Positions 49,474 to 60,011 are shown, counted from the first letter of the stretch. The stretch: 64,000 nucleotides of DNA from an uncultured Colwellia sp. (GCA_965305135.1 CBDLPA010000017.1:7620-71619); one strand, 5' to 3'. Notes: a model not told the origin generated them from the letters alone. Program-made: numbers and translations.

Positions 49474-50505
49474 TCAGCAACTACTACCATGTTCAATATG
49501 AAAAGGAATTTTTATCGAGTCTGTTGCTCTATCAATAAAAAGCTCAGCTGCTTTTATTCCCTTTTCTTCACTGTTTTGATGTACCGTCGTTAACGGTGGT
49601 GACGATCGTAAAGCTTCTTCAATGCCATCAAATCCTACTACGCTAATATCTTCAGGGATTTTTAAACCCATTGAATGAATTTCATTAATCGCGGCTAATG
49701 CAATAAGATCACTCATACAAAGTAAAACATTTGGTCGAGGTGTTGAAGTAAGTGCTTCTCTGGCAGCAATCAACGCATAATGATGATTACTCTTAGGAAT
49801 ATTCCATATCCGGTCCGACCTTAAATTAACGTTCAACTCTGCTATTGCTTTTTTATAACCATTCAAACGCTGATGCGAAATAGAACAATCAAAATTTGAT
49901 GACGGTAATTCATATACACGACAAGTTAAATTTGAATCTATCAATCTTAAACCAAGAATTGCTACATCATCATCTTTTGATTTGATAGCCAATTTCGCAA
50001 TTTCGTAAGCAGCCCTTTCATTATCTATACCTACTGAGGCCTTACGATGAATATCAAAATCGGCTGTTACAACTTTTTTAGCAGTGGTTCGTAATTGTTC
50101 AATAAGCTCAGGGTTTCTTGGACTACCATAACAAATAAAACCATCAACAAAGTCAGCAACAGAATTAATATTGTCTGAAATACCTGAAAATAATAACAAA
50201 TTAACTTTGTTCTTTTCGAGAACTGAAGAAACGCCTTTAACAAAATCATTAGCAACAGGGTCTGTTATCATGTATTCAACGCTGTCTGGTAGCACCAACG
50301 CAACAATATTAAACTTACCGTTTCTTAACGATTGTGCAGCTTTATTAGGACCTGAGTAACCTAGTTTTGCGCATGATGCGAGAATTTCTTCTCTACGTTG
50401 CTTAGAGAGTTGGTCTGGTCGATTGAATGCATTTGAAACCGTCGCATTCGACACACCAATTTCATTAGCAATGCTTTTCAGTGTCCACACTTTCTTTTTC
50501 GTCAT
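49474..50505 (-). CDS. LacI-family repressor of the sucrose locus
   Basis: WTLKSIANEIGVSNATVSNAFNRP HTH; DISVVGFDGI, PPLTTVHQ. Confidence 0.92.
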   Translation of the reverse strand: MTKKKVWTLKSIANEIGVSNATVSNAFNRPDQLSKQRREEILASCAKLGYSGPNKAAQSLRNGKFNIVALVLPDSVEYMITDPVANDFVKGVSSVLEKNKVNLLLFSGISDNINSVADFVDGFICYGSPRNPELIEQLRTTAKKVVTADFDIHRKASVGIDNERAAYEIAKLAIKSKDDDVAILGLRLIDSNLTCRVYELPSSNFDCSISHQRLNGYKKAIAELNVNLRSDRIWNIPKSNHHYALIAAREALTSTPRPNVLLCMSDLIALAAINEIHSMGLKIPEDISVVGFDGIEEALRSSPPLTTVHQNSEEKGIKAAELFIDRATDSIKIPFHIEHGSSC

Positions 50506-50535
50506 GGTTACCTTATTTGTTCAGTTAAATCGAAA

Positions 50536-52038
50536 TTACACACAGTTATATTTCATATCAATAGGAAAAGAATCTAATAGATTATGTAGACTAACTGTAT
50601 ATAAGTCATTATTTTCTATAATCTCTATTTGAGCATTCCTATCAACTAAGTCAACAGTAAGCGTTGCACATTGCTCATTGTTTTTCCAGTTCATTTCCAA
50701 AATTGCCCCTTGATTTTTAATGGTAAATTCCCCATTAAATGCGTCACATCGATTACGTAATTGAATAAGACTAATCATTGCCTTAGTAAACGGTTTTTGT
50801 AATGCTTGTTTAATATTTTCACTATCAAGATATGGGCGGTTAATGTCACGACCAATATTAGTTTTTGACAATAATGCCATGGCATTTTTTTCGCCTAACA
50901 AGCCCGCATAATAAACTTGTGGTACACCTGGAGAAAAGAACTGAATGGCTCTAGCAAGTAAATAGTCAAAGTCATTTTGCCCAAGTGCATCATAATAGGT
51001 ACAATTTACCTGATATAAATCAACGTTACTTGCTGCAGCACCCGTTGCTTTTTGGCTTTCACCTGCACTATTTTCATGAATTTTATTCACTAAATCATCA
51101 ATATCACTTTCAGTGAGTAATCCAGGTTTACCATTCATTGGACCAACATCAATAATGCCAATACCATCATGTGTATCTAATACTGTAATACAATTTTTTG
51201 GTGATATTTCTAACCATTTAGTGAGTGCTGTAAAATCTTTACTAAAAAGGCTATGCAATATTAAAGGGGGTAAGGCAAAATCATAAACTCGGTCAACTCG
51301 CTTTGCAATATCTATTTGAGTTTTATAGTAAGCATGAATTTCTACAAGGGTTTCAATACCTAAGTTATTAGCTTTTTTACTTAATTCATCAATAAATTCA
51401 AATGTTTCATCAAGCATAAAACAACTTGTTCCTGCCTTTTTAAGTGCGTAACCTGCCGCATCTAAGCGGATCATTTTAATATTATTGTCTGCAAATGTTT
51501 TTAAAATACGGCTTAAGTAGTCTTGTCCTATTGTTGAGGTAATATCAATATCAATTTGGTTATCTGTGAATGTTGTCCAGAAGTCGGCGGTTTCATTATT
51601 TGGTAATGCAAAATTAGTAAAGCAACTACCTGGTCTTGGGCGATAAATTTTCTTTCTATCTTCTTCTGTTAAACCATAAGGAAACACTTTATCTTTGGTT
51701 AAAAATAAATCCCAAAAATCAGAATTCTTACCGTTAGCTAATACATCTTTGAATTCATTAGACTTGGCAGACATATGGTTAACAATAAGATCAGCCATCA
51801 ATTCATGCCCTTCCCCTAATACTTTTATATCACTCCAAGTGCCTAATCGACCATCAACTTGAGTATGATCTATAGGATCAAAGCCCGCATCACTACCATC
51901 AATTGGATAATAAAACGGCAATAAATGAACACCTGAAAACAAATCGGTAAGTTGGTTATTTAAAAGTTTATTTAAGGCCTGGGTATCTGCCCCTGTTAAC
52001 CTATCGATGTAGGTGATTAGCTGAACATTGTTTTTCAT
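50536..52038 (-). CDS. gtfA: Sucrose phosphorylase (GH13_18)
   Basis: MKNNVQLITYIDRL, DAGFDPIDH, YRPRP loop, RLDAAGY nucleophile, VEIH acid/base, LDTHDGI, NVDLYQVN loop typical of Bifidobacterium-type sucrose phosphorylase. Confidence 0.92.
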   Translation of the reverse strand: MKNNVQLITYIDRLTGADTQALNKLLNNQLTDLFSGVHLLPFYYPIDGSDAGFDPIDHTQVDGRLGTWSDIKVLGEGHELMADLIVNHMSAKSNEFKDVLANGKNSDFWDLFLTKDKVFPYGLTEEDRKKIYRPRPGSCFTNFALPNNETADFWTTFTDNQIDIDITSTIGQDYLSRILKTFADNNIKMIRLDAAGYALKKAGTSCFMLDETFEFIDELSKKANNLGIETLVEIHAYYKTQIDIAKRVDRVYDFALPPLILHSLFSKDFTALTKWLEISPKNCITVLDTHDGIGIIDVGPMNGKPGLLTESDIDDLVNKIHENSAGESQKATGAAASNVDLYQVNCTYYDALGQNDFDYLLARAIQFFSPGVPQVYYAGLLGEKNAMALLSKTNIGRDINRPYLDSENIKQALQKPFTKAMISLIQLRNRCDAFNGEFTIKNQGAILEMNWKNNEQCATLTVDLVDRNAQIEIIENNDLYTVSLHNLLDSFPIDMKYNCV

Positions 52039-52066
52039 AAGTCTACCATTAAATTTAAAGTTGCAT

Positions 52067-52080
52067 CTTAATCGATTAAG
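52067..52080. promoter_or_regulatory. LacI-type operator CTTAATCGATTAAG (sucrose phosphorylase / MFS)
   Basis: Perfect 14-bp palindrome with central CG, about 30 bp upstream of gtfA. Confidence 0.82.
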
Positions 52081-52258
52081 CTCTATCTTTATATACTATG
52101 TAACTTTAAGCAAGAATAATTTCAACTTTTTAAGTTACTCTCGGTATTACCTACTCATAATAAAAAATAAATTGTACTGAAATTAGTCACTATAAATATT
52201 ACAAAGTCCAAACTAATTTTTTCTGTATCGTTTAGAATCTAGCAAGGGGATCATAAAA

Positions 52259-53647
52259 ATGACAATAACATCTAATACTGCACCGTTATCTTTTAAAGAA
52301 AAAGTTGGTTATGGAATGGGAGATATGGCATCTAACTTTTATATGGGGTTCTTTGCGCTGTTTCTTCTTTATTATTACACTGATGTATACGGTATTTCTG
52401 CAGCGGCAGCTGCAACTATGTTATTAGTAACTAAATTTATTGATGCCATTAGTGATCCTGCCATGGGTTTACTAACCGATCGCACATTCACTAAGTGGGG
52501 TAAGTACCGCCCTTATTTACTTTGGATGGCCATTCCTTATGCATTGCTCGGCTATCTATTGTTTTTAGGTCCTGAATTTGGTAACACAGGCAAGCTAATT
52601 TTTGCTTATGTTTCATATTCATTAGTAATGCTAGCTTATACAGCAATTAATGTTCCTTATTCTGGTTTAATGGCGGTTATTCATCCAGAATCAGTTGAGC
52701 GTACCAAAGCAGCTCAATTTAGATTTATTTTTGCTTCAATTGGTTCATTGGTTGTTGGTGCTTCAGCTAAGCCTTTAGTAGAGTTTTTAGGCGGTGGTGA
52801 TGAACTACTCGGTTTTCGTCTAACTATCATTCTATTTGCTGTACTTTCAGTTATTGTGTTTTGGTATACTTTTACCGTAACAAAAGAAAGAGTAATGCCT
52901 AAAAAGCATAAGGTAAGTATTAAGGAAGATATGGCTAATTTATTAGCCAATAAGTCATGGTTGATACTGGTATGTACGGGTATTTTTGTTGTAATTGGCT
53001 TGGTTGCTCGTTTTGCATCAATTGCTTATTACACCAAATATTATATGGGGGATGATGGCACAAATATTTTATTGTGGATGGATCAAACCACGCTTATTAT
53101 TTCATGTGGCTTGTTAGGGCAACTCTGTGGCGCACTGGTTACCCCCATATTAGTAGCACGCTTTGAGAAGCATAGATTAATGTTTACCATCAATTTATTC
53201 CATGCAATATTATTATTCTTCGGTTTTACTATTTCGTCCGATAATCTTGCTCTGACAACCATAATTCATACTTTAGGCATAACCACTTTCGGTATTGCAA
53301 TTACACTGTTATTCACTATGTATACTGATTGTGTGGAGTACGGCGAATGGAAAACTGGTAACAATAGTGCAGGTTTAACTGTATCCGCATCAATGTTTTC
53401 ATTAAAATTTGGCTCAGCCGTTGGTGGTGCATTACCAGGTTTTATTCTTGCTGCATTTGGTTTTATTGCTAATCAGCACCAAACGCCAGAATCAATCGAA
53501 GGTATACGTTATATGTTTAATATATTACCCGCTATTTTCTTTCTACTTGGGGCTGTGTTAATTCTTTTCTATAAGATAGATCGTAATCAATTAAAACAAA
53601 TTGAACATGAACTAGCTAAACGCCGCACACAAGCTGAGCATCATTAA
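52259..53647 (+). CDS. Glycoside-pentoside-hexuronide (MelB-like) MFS symporter
   Basis: EKVGYGMGD, DAISDPAMGLLTDRT-x-TKWGKYRP, YTAINVPYSGL. Confidence 0.92.
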   Translation: MTITSNTAPLSFKEKVGYGMGDMASNFYMGFFALFLLYYYTDVYGISAAAAATMLLVTKFIDAISDPAMGLLTDRTFTKWGKYRPYLLWMAIPYALLGYLLFLGPEFGNTGKLIFAYVSYSLVMLAYTAINVPYSGLMAVIHPESVERTKAAQFRFIFASIGSLVVGASAKPLVEFLGGGDELLGFRLTIILFAVLSVIVFWYTFTVTKERVMPKKHKVSIKEDMANLLANKSWLILVCTGIFVVIGLVARFASIAYYTKYYMGDDGTNILLWMDQTTLIISCGLLGQLCGALVTPILVARFEKHRLMFTINLFHAILLFFGFTISSDNLALTTIIHTLGITTFGIAITLLFTMYTDCVEYGEWKTGNNSAGLTVSASMFSLKFGSAVGGALPGFILAAFGFIANQHQTPESIEGIRYMFNILPAIFFLLGAVLILFYKIDRNQLKQIEHELAKRRTQAEHH

Positions 53648-53836
53648 TAACAAGTCTATTGATTAACGTCTCGGCATAACACCCGTAGACGTTATAACTA
53701 TACAGTTTTTCTGTAACAACTACTTCAAACAACAGAACGTTAAAACTAAATTAGTTTATTTATCAAATCATTAGTAAAAAAATAAAATGAAATATAAAAA
53801 ACACTTGCAAAATCACCATAATTCAAACTACCATTA

Positions 53837-53854
53837 AACTTAATCGATTAAGTT
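53837..53854. promoter_or_regulatory. LacI-type operator AACTTAATCGATTAAGTT (sucrose TBDR)
   Basis: Perfect 18-bp palindrome about 60 bp upstream of the TBDR start; same core as 52067. Confidence 0.85.
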
Positions 53855-53916
53855 ATAAATATAACTAGAGCTTTTTCAGATTATAAACATATACTTTAAA
53901 AACATGGGGAGAGAAC

Positions 53917-56340
53917 ATGAAAAAAGTTACATATAAAAAATTAATATTAAGTACATTAGCCATGGCTGTCTGTTCGAGCTTAAGTGCAGCAGAAACTAAT
54001 AAGACAGAAGAAGTAAAAACTAAAGGTATTGATTTTGAAAAAATTGTTGTTACTGGCTCGGTTGGTCGTGGAACAACAGTGATGGAATCAAGTGTCTCTG
54101 TTAGTAGCATATCAGCAGATCAAATTGAAATAGCCACACCACGAAGTAGTGCAGAAGCGTTTAGAAATATCCCAGGTGTTCGAGCAGAAGCATCAGGAGG
54201 TGACGGTAACGCTAACCTTGCGGTACGTGGACTTCCTGTAGCAGCTGGTGGTGCAAAATTCATGCAGATTCAAGAAGATGGCTTACCCATACTACAATTT
54301 GGTGATATTGCTTTTGGTAATACCGATATTTTCTTGCGTATTGATTCAACAATGGACTCTATTGATGCGATTCGTGGTGGTTCTGCATCAACTCTTGCAA
54401 CAAACGCACCGGGCGGCATAATTAATATTGTAAGCAAAACAGGTGAAGGTGACGAAGGAAGTGTTGCAACAACCATTGGCTTAGATTACGACTCTACTCG
54501 CACAGACTTTCAATTTGGCGGTGAAATTAATGACTCTACCTATTTTCATATTGGCGGCTTCTACCGCCAAGGTGAAGGTGTACGTGATACAGGTTATACG
54601 GGTAATAAAGGGGGTCAAATAAAAGCGAATATTACCAAAGAATTTAGTGATGGCTACGTTAGACTATATTTTAAACACCTAGATGATACAACAACTGCCT
54701 ATTTACCTATGCCTGTGCATGCCGATGGTTCTTCAGTAACAGGATTTGACGCTTCTACAGGTACTCCGCATACGCCTTACCATACAACCATGCTTACCAC
54801 AGATGGAAATGGAAACAAACGTCGTTCAGATATGCGAAATGGTATGAGCCCTAAAGTTGATGCGATTGGCTTAGAAGCCGTTTTCGATTTAGGTAATGAC
54901 TGGTCTGTTGAAAACAGAATGAGAATTTCTCGTACAAAAGGTAGCTTTACTGCCCCTATGCCTGAAAGCATTCAAGATAGCCAAACTCTGGCAAACAGCA
55001 TCGCGGGTTCAGGTGCAACATTGACCTATGCTAATGGCTCTCAAGCAGGTACCCCTTATACAGCAACTAACCTAATGCGTGTTCATTCCTTTGATGTGGA
55101 AATGACAGACTTAGACTTTATGGTAAATGATTTCAAAGTTATCAAAACAATGAATGACACCAGCTTTACCTTTGGTTTATATAACTCATCTCAAAATATA
55201 CAACAATCTTGGTTATGGAACTCTTACCTATATGAAGTAAAGGGGCAAGATGCTGCACTTGTTGATGTAACGGCTGCTGATGGTACTACATTTTCTAACA
55301 ATGGTGTCATTGCTTATGGTGTTCCTGCGTGGGGCAACTGTTGTACTCGTAATTATGACTTAGCCTATTCAATCACAGCCCCATACGCTTCATTTAGTAC
55401 AAGTTTTGATAACATAAATATTGACGGTAGCATTCGCTTTGACAGTGGTACTGCAACGGGGTCTTTCTCAGGTTCAACTCAATCAGCAATAGACCTAAAC
55501 AGCGATGGTACTATTCATCAAATAGAAACAAGTGTTTCAACTGTAAACAATAGTGCCGCTAACAATGTAAATTATGATTGGAATTATGTATCTTACTCAT
55601 TCGGTGCAAACATTAAAATAAATGATGATTTAGCTGCATTTGGTCGCATCAGTAGAGGCGCAACAGCAAATGCTGATCGCTTAGCATTTGGTAAAATTGA
55701 TGCTGCAGGCATTGCAAAAGATGAAGATATCTATGATGAAGTTGACCAAATAGAACTTGGTGTTAAATTCCGTCAAGATGAACTATCTGTATTTGCGACT
55801 GCGTTCTTTGCGCAAACTCAAGAACAAAATTTTGAAGCAACCAGCCAAAGATTCTTTGACCGTGAATATGAGTCAAAGGGTATTGAAATTGAATCAACTT
55901 ACTATATTGGTGATTTTGATGTACGAGCTAACTTAACGTGGACTGATTCTGAAATAACAAAAGATGCACTTAATCCCTCTGTTGTTGGTAATACACCAAG
56001 AAGACAAGCAGATATTGTTTACTCAATAACAGGTCGCTATAACTTTGACCACGGCTCTGTTGGGCTGAACGTAATCGGTACCACAGATTCATTTGCGCAA
56101 GATAACTTTGACCAAACCGATCCTGATGCACTGATGTTAGATGCCTACGCACAAGTGAATGCGTTTGCTCAATATAATCTTTCAGACTCATTCAGTGTAT
56201 CTTTAAATGTTAATAACTTATTTGAAACAGTGGGCATCACCGAAGCAGAAGAAGCTACAGCCGCAACTAATAAAACAATTATTCGTGCACGCTCAATACA
56301 AGGACGTTCCACAAGTTTAACGCTTAAATACGATTTTTAA
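53917..56340 (+). CDS. TonB-dependent receptor, probable sucrose importer (SuxA-like context)
   Basis: EKIVVTG, DAIRGGSASTLATNAPGGIIN, C-terminal GRSTSLTLKYDF; flanked by sucrose phosphorylase and fructokinase. Confidence 0.9.
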   Translation: MKKVTYKKLILSTLAMAVCSSLSAAETNKTEEVKTKGIDFEKIVVTGSVGRGTTVMESSVSVSSISADQIEIATPRSSAEAFRNIPGVRAEASGGDGNANLAVRGLPVAAGGAKFMQIQEDGLPILQFGDIAFGNTDIFLRIDSTMDSIDAIRGGSASTLATNAPGGIINIVSKTGEGDEGSVATTIGLDYDSTRTDFQFGGEINDSTYFHIGGFYRQGEGVRDTGYTGNKGGQIKANITKEFSDGYVRLYFKHLDDTTTAYLPMPVHADGSSVTGFDASTGTPHTPYHTTMLTTDGNGNKRRSDMRNGMSPKVDAIGLEAVFDLGNDWSVENRMRISRTKGSFTAPMPESIQDSQTLANSIAGSGATLTYANGSQAGTPYTATNLMRVHSFDVEMTDLDFMVNDFKVIKTMNDTSFTFGLYNSSQNIQQSWLWNSYLYEVKGQDAALVDVTAADGTTFSNNGVIAYGVPAWGNCCTRNYDLAYSITAPYASFSTSFDNINIDGSIRFDSGTATGSFSGSTQSAIDLNSDGTIHQIETSVSTVNNSAANNVNYDWNYVSYSFGANIKINDDLAAFGRISRGATANADRLAFGKIDAAGIAKDEDIYDEVDQIELGVKFRQDELSVFATAFFAQTQEQNFEATSQRFFDREYESKGIEIESTYYIGDFDVRANLTWTDSEITKDALNPSVVGNTPRRQADIVYSITGRYNFDHGSVGLNVIGTTDSFAQDNFDQTDPDALMLDAYAQVNAFAQYNLSDSFSVSLNVNNLFETVGITEAEEATAATNKTIIRARSIQGRSTSLTLKYDF

Positions 56341-56384
56341 GCATTAAATTTAAAACTTTACAGAAAGTAAGGTAAGTAATAAAC

Positions 56385-56409
56385 AAGCCCATTTTATATG
56401 GGCTTTTTT
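56385..56409 (+). terminator. Terminator hairpin between the TBDR and fructokinase
   Basis: AAGCCCAT-tttat-ATGGGCTT-TTTT. Confidence 0.75.
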
Positions 56410-56423
56410 AAAAAGGTATATTT

Positions 56424-57380
56424 ATGATTTCTTTACTCAGTTATGGTGAAGTGTTGGTAGATTTTTTACCAACAACTAATAACAACCCTAGTTACATGCC
56501 ATTAGCAGGAGGTGCGCCTGCAAATGTTGCAGTTGCCTACGCAAAATTAGGTGGAATAGGCTATTTTGCAGGGGGAATTAGCAAAGATAATTTTGGTAAT
56601 ATGCTAATACAACAACTAGAACATGAAGGGGTTAATACTACTTTTGTCAAAAGAATACCTGATGCTAATACTGCGTTAGTGTTAGTCAGCTTAGACCAAT
56701 ATGGTGAGCGAACATTCAACTTTTATCGCCATAATACAGCTGACACCTATTACGGAAAAACACAAATAGATAACATCGATTGGCAAAATGTTGGTATTTT
56801 TCATTATTGTTCAAACACACTCACAAATGAATCAATGTATCTTGATACACTCTACGCCATACAAAATGCAAAAAGTAACAATGCTTTAGTCAGTTTTGAT
56901 GTTAATTTACGCCAACAACTCTGGCATAACTTAGCATTACTACCTGAGTATGTTGAAGCCTGCATACAAAAAAGTGATGTAGTAAAGTTAAGTAAAGATG
57001 AAGCTAAATATTTAGCTAATATTAAAAAAGTAACTATTGAAGATTATGTAAATTATTTATTATCACTAGGAGCCAAGCTCATCATTATTACAGATGGAGA
57101 AAATGCAGTTAACGTAACCAGCACCCACTTTTTCGAAAAGCTTAACGTTCCTAAATTATCGGCACTTGATACAACAGGCGCAGGCGATAGTTTCATTTCA
57201 GGCTTTCTGTTTTCATTAACTCAATCAATTAATGATAATATACAGCCAGCAACATTATTTGATGCTATTGAACAACCTCACCATGTAACTACGGCTGTTT
57301 TATTTGGGGCTAAATGCGGTGCTTTTACTTGTCAGAAAAAAGGAGCCTTTACAGCACTACCTTACATAACTGACTTGTAA
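56424..57380 (+). CDS. PfkB-family fructokinase (second copy)
   Basis: GGAPANVA, SFDVNLR, VVKLSKDE, DTTGAGDSF. Confidence 0.9.
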   Translation: MISLLSYGEVLVDFLPTTNNNPSYMPLAGGAPANVAVAYAKLGGIGYFAGGISKDNFGNMLIQQLEHEGVNTTFVKRIPDANTALVLVSLDQYGERTFNFYRHNTADTYYGKTQIDNIDWQNVGIFHYCSNTLTNESMYLDTLYAIQNAKSNNALVSFDVNLRQQLWHNLALLPEYVEACIQKSDVVKLSKDEAKYLANIKKVTIEDYVNYLLSLGAKLIIITDGENAVNVTSTHFFEKLNVPKLSALDTTGAGDSFISGFLFSLTQSINDNIQPATLFDAIEQPHHVTTAVLFGAKCGAFTCQKKGAFTALPYITDL

Positions 57381-57432
57381 TTCACGTTAAAAAATTATTA
57401 ATGAATACAATACATGTACTTATTCAGCTTCA

Positions 57433-57455
57433 GCATTGTGTAAATTGCACAATGC
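57433..57455 (+). terminator. Hairpin downstream of fructokinase
   Basis: GCATTGTG-taaattg-CACAATGC followed by a T-rich tail. Confidence 0.55.
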
Positions 57456-57490
57456 GTTTATTTTATTGCTCTCTTTAAATAAAGTAGATA

Positions 57491-57655
57491 ATACCAATCT
57501 CACTAACTATGTGATCATTTCTACTGGTTAAAACAACCAATTACGGCGTTATTTATTTAATAAGTAGAACAACTAGTTATTGAAATAAATGCCTTGTATT
57601 TGACAGTTTTTTCTACGTATAAAACAGATCACCTAATTAATGAAACTAATGGTAT
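57491..57655. mobile_element. MITE-like non-autonomous element (~165 bp)
   Basis: Imperfect terminal inverted repeats ATACCAATCTCACTAACTATGTGATC / GATCACCTAATTAATGAAACTAATGGTAT, an internal hairpin and no ORF. Confidence 0.65.
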
Positions 57656-57706
57656 AACTTACGATATAATGATTTTTAAACCATCATTATATCGGGAAAA
57701 TAACGA

Positions 57707-58828
57707 TTGAATGCCCACATGAAAATTGATTATTTACATAGTATTGAGCAGATACCTGTTGCTCAATGGCACAACTTAAACCAATCAACTTGCCCTTTCC
57801 TTCTTTATGATTTTTTTAGCGCCCTTGAAGCAAGTCAGTCTGTGAGTATTCAGCAAGGATGGGAACCGCATCATTTAGTAGCATCAGTTAATGAAGAAAT
57901 AACAGCCTTTATGCCACTGTATTTAAAAAGTCATTCTTGGGGCGAGTATGCCTTTGATTGGAATTGGGCCGATGCTTTTCAGCGCTATAATATTAATTAT
58001 TACCCTAAACTAGTGGCGACTATTCCGTTTACACCAGTTAGTAGCGATAAAGTGTTTTCTTCAACACTGCATATTGATGATTTATTTTCCCACTTAATTA
58101 AACATTGCCAACAAAAAGATATTAATAGCTGGCATATTTTGTACTGCAATGAAGTCAAAGCGGCTTTACCTAATGATGTTTACCAGCGCAATACAGTACA
58201 ATTTCACTGGTTTAATCGTGGTTACCAATCATTCAACGATTTTCTTGACACTTTTACCTCACGTAAACGGAAAAACACCCGAAAAGAAAGACTATCAATC
58301 AGCCAACAAGGAATAAAAATTCGCCAATTAAAAGGAGATGAAGTAACTCTTAAAGACATAGATTTTTTTTATTTAACCTACCAACTTACTTATTTAAAAC
58401 GAGGTCATCAACCCCATTTGAACTTTGATTTTTTTAAACAAATTTTTAATACCATGTCAGAAAATATTTTATTAATCATTGCCAGTGATGAACAAGAAGA
58501 TGTTGCCTGTGCTTTGTTTTTGTACAACAGCTCTCACCTTTATGGTCGTTACTGGGGCTGCACTAAAACGTATAGCAATTTACACTTCGAGCTTTGCTAT
58601 TATCAAGGCATAGAGTTCTGTATTAACAATAAGATAAGTACATTTAATCCAGGCACTCAAGGTGAACATAAGATAAAACGAGGCTTCGAACCCGTTTTAA
58701 CACATTCATATCATTGGATCAAACACCCTGATTTTAAAGAAGCGATTAAAAGTTTTTGTCAACAAGAGCAAATGCATATGTTAACGTATCAACAACAATG
58801 TCAGCAGTTATTACCTTTCAAAAAGTAA
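57707..58828 (+). CDS. GNAT/FemAB-like protein (DUF482 family)
   Basis: YLKSHSWGEYAFDWNWA, PKLVATIPFTPV, LYGRYWG, LHFELCYYQGI, GEHKIKRGFEP. Confidence 0.9.
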   Translation: MNAHMKIDYLHSIEQIPVAQWHNLNQSTCPFLLYDFFSALEASQSVSIQQGWEPHHLVASVNEEITAFMPLYLKSHSWGEYAFDWNWADAFQRYNINYYPKLVATIPFTPVSSDKVFSSTLHIDDLFSHLIKHCQQKDINSWHILYCNEVKAALPNDVYQRNTVQFHWFNRGYQSFNDFLDTFTSRKRKNTRKERLSISQQGIKIRQLKGDEVTLKDIDFFYLTYQLTYLKRGHQPHLNFDFFKQIFNTMSENILLIIASDEQEDVACALFLYNSSHLYGRYWGCTKTYSNLHFELCYYQGIEFCINNKISTFNPGTQGEHKIKRGFEPVLTHSYHWIKHPDFKEAIKSFCQQEQMHMLTYQQQCQQLLPFKK

Positions 58829-58852
58829 CGCCTATCACCATAAGAAAAAATA

Positions 58853-59455
58853 ATGAATAAACCTTTCTCGCAAGCATGTGAAAATAATAAACGTCCAATT
58901 TTAAGCTATTTAGCCAACATTTTTGCTAACAAAAAACATGTATTGGAAATAGGGTCAGGCACGGGGCAACACGCCAGTTATTTTGGTCAGCACCTACCTA
59001 ACCTAATATGGCAAACCAGTGATTTATTAGAAAACCATCAAGGTATTAATTTATGGTTAGATGAAGCCGCCTGTCCTAATGTACTCAGACCTATTGTTAT
59101 TGATTTAAATAAACCGTGGCATAATCCTCAAGAAAATATTCCCCTTGATGCTTTATACACTGCCAATACATTGCATATTATTAGCTGGCCGTTAGTAATT
59201 AAATTTTTTCAAGCGATAAAAGATAATTTAACGTCATCTGCGACGGTTTGTATATATGGCCCGTTTAACTATCATGGAAAGTTTACTAGCGAAAGCAATG
59301 CTAATTTTGATGTGTGGCTTAAAGAAAGAGATGTAAACAGTGGGATTCGTAATATCGAAGACATTATATCACTCGCCAACGACGCTAGACTTCATTTAGT
59401 TGACGATTATGCTATGCCAGCCAATAACCGTCTTCTGGTATTTACAAAAAAATAA
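58853..59455 (+). CDS. DUF938 family SAM-dependent methyltransferase
   Basis: FSQACENNK-x-PI, VLEIGSGTGQH, YGPF, MPANNRLLVF. Confidence 0.9.
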   Translation: MNKPFSQACENNKRPILSYLANIFANKKHVLEIGSGTGQHASYFGQHLPNLIWQTSDLLENHQGINLWLDEAACPNVLRPIVIDLNKPWHNPQENIPLDALYTANTLHIISWPLVIKFFQAIKDNLTSSATVCIYGPFNYHGKFTSESNANFDVWLKERDVNSGIRNIEDIISLANDARLHLVDDYAMPANNRLLVFTKK

Positions 59456-59474
59456 GTATAAATATTCTGCTGAT

Positions 59475-60011
59475 CTATTTTGCTAGTGCTAATTCAACAT
59501 TCAACGCTTTTAAATTGTTAGCAATATCTTCAGCTGCCGTTTTCGGGTTAATGTCATCATCTATTTTCAATATTTTCCCTTCTTTTGAAATATAAACAGT
59601 CACTCGGCTTGCAACACCCATAAAATTCAACACATCGTATGCTTTCGCTGTTTCTTTGCTGGGATCACTAAGCATCGGAAAATCTGCGCCTGTTTTTTTG
59701 GCAAAATCTCGGTTGTCATCAAGGGGGTCAACACTGGCCATAAAATAGCTTGCATTATACTTTCTGATCAAGTGTCCTTTCTCTACCAGTGATTTACACT
59801 CAAATGTGCAACCACGGGTATTAGCCATAGGGTACCAAGCTAAAACAACTACTTGCTTACCTTTGTAATCGCTTAATTGATAATAATCGCCTGTGGTAGC
59901 TTGTAAATTAAAGTTTGGCGCTTGCTCACCTATTTTCAAATCTGTTGCCAATACACTAAAACAGCTAAATACTGCAAATAGAGTACATGCCAATGTAGTC
60001 ATTTTTTTCAT
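59475..60011 (-). CDS. Exported peroxiredoxin (Bcp/AhpC-TSA family)
   Basis: GEQAPNFNL, WYPMANTRGCTFEC peroxidatic motif; signal peptide. Confidence 0.85.
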   Translation of the reverse strand: MKKMTTLACTLFAVFSCFSVLATDLKIGEQAPNFNLQATTGDYYQLSDYKGKQVVVLAWYPMANTRGCTFECKSLVEKGHLIRKYNASYFMASVDPLDDNRDFAKKTGADFPMLSDPSKETAKAYDVLNFMGVASRVTVYISKEGKILKIDDDINPKTAAEDIANNLKALNVELALAK

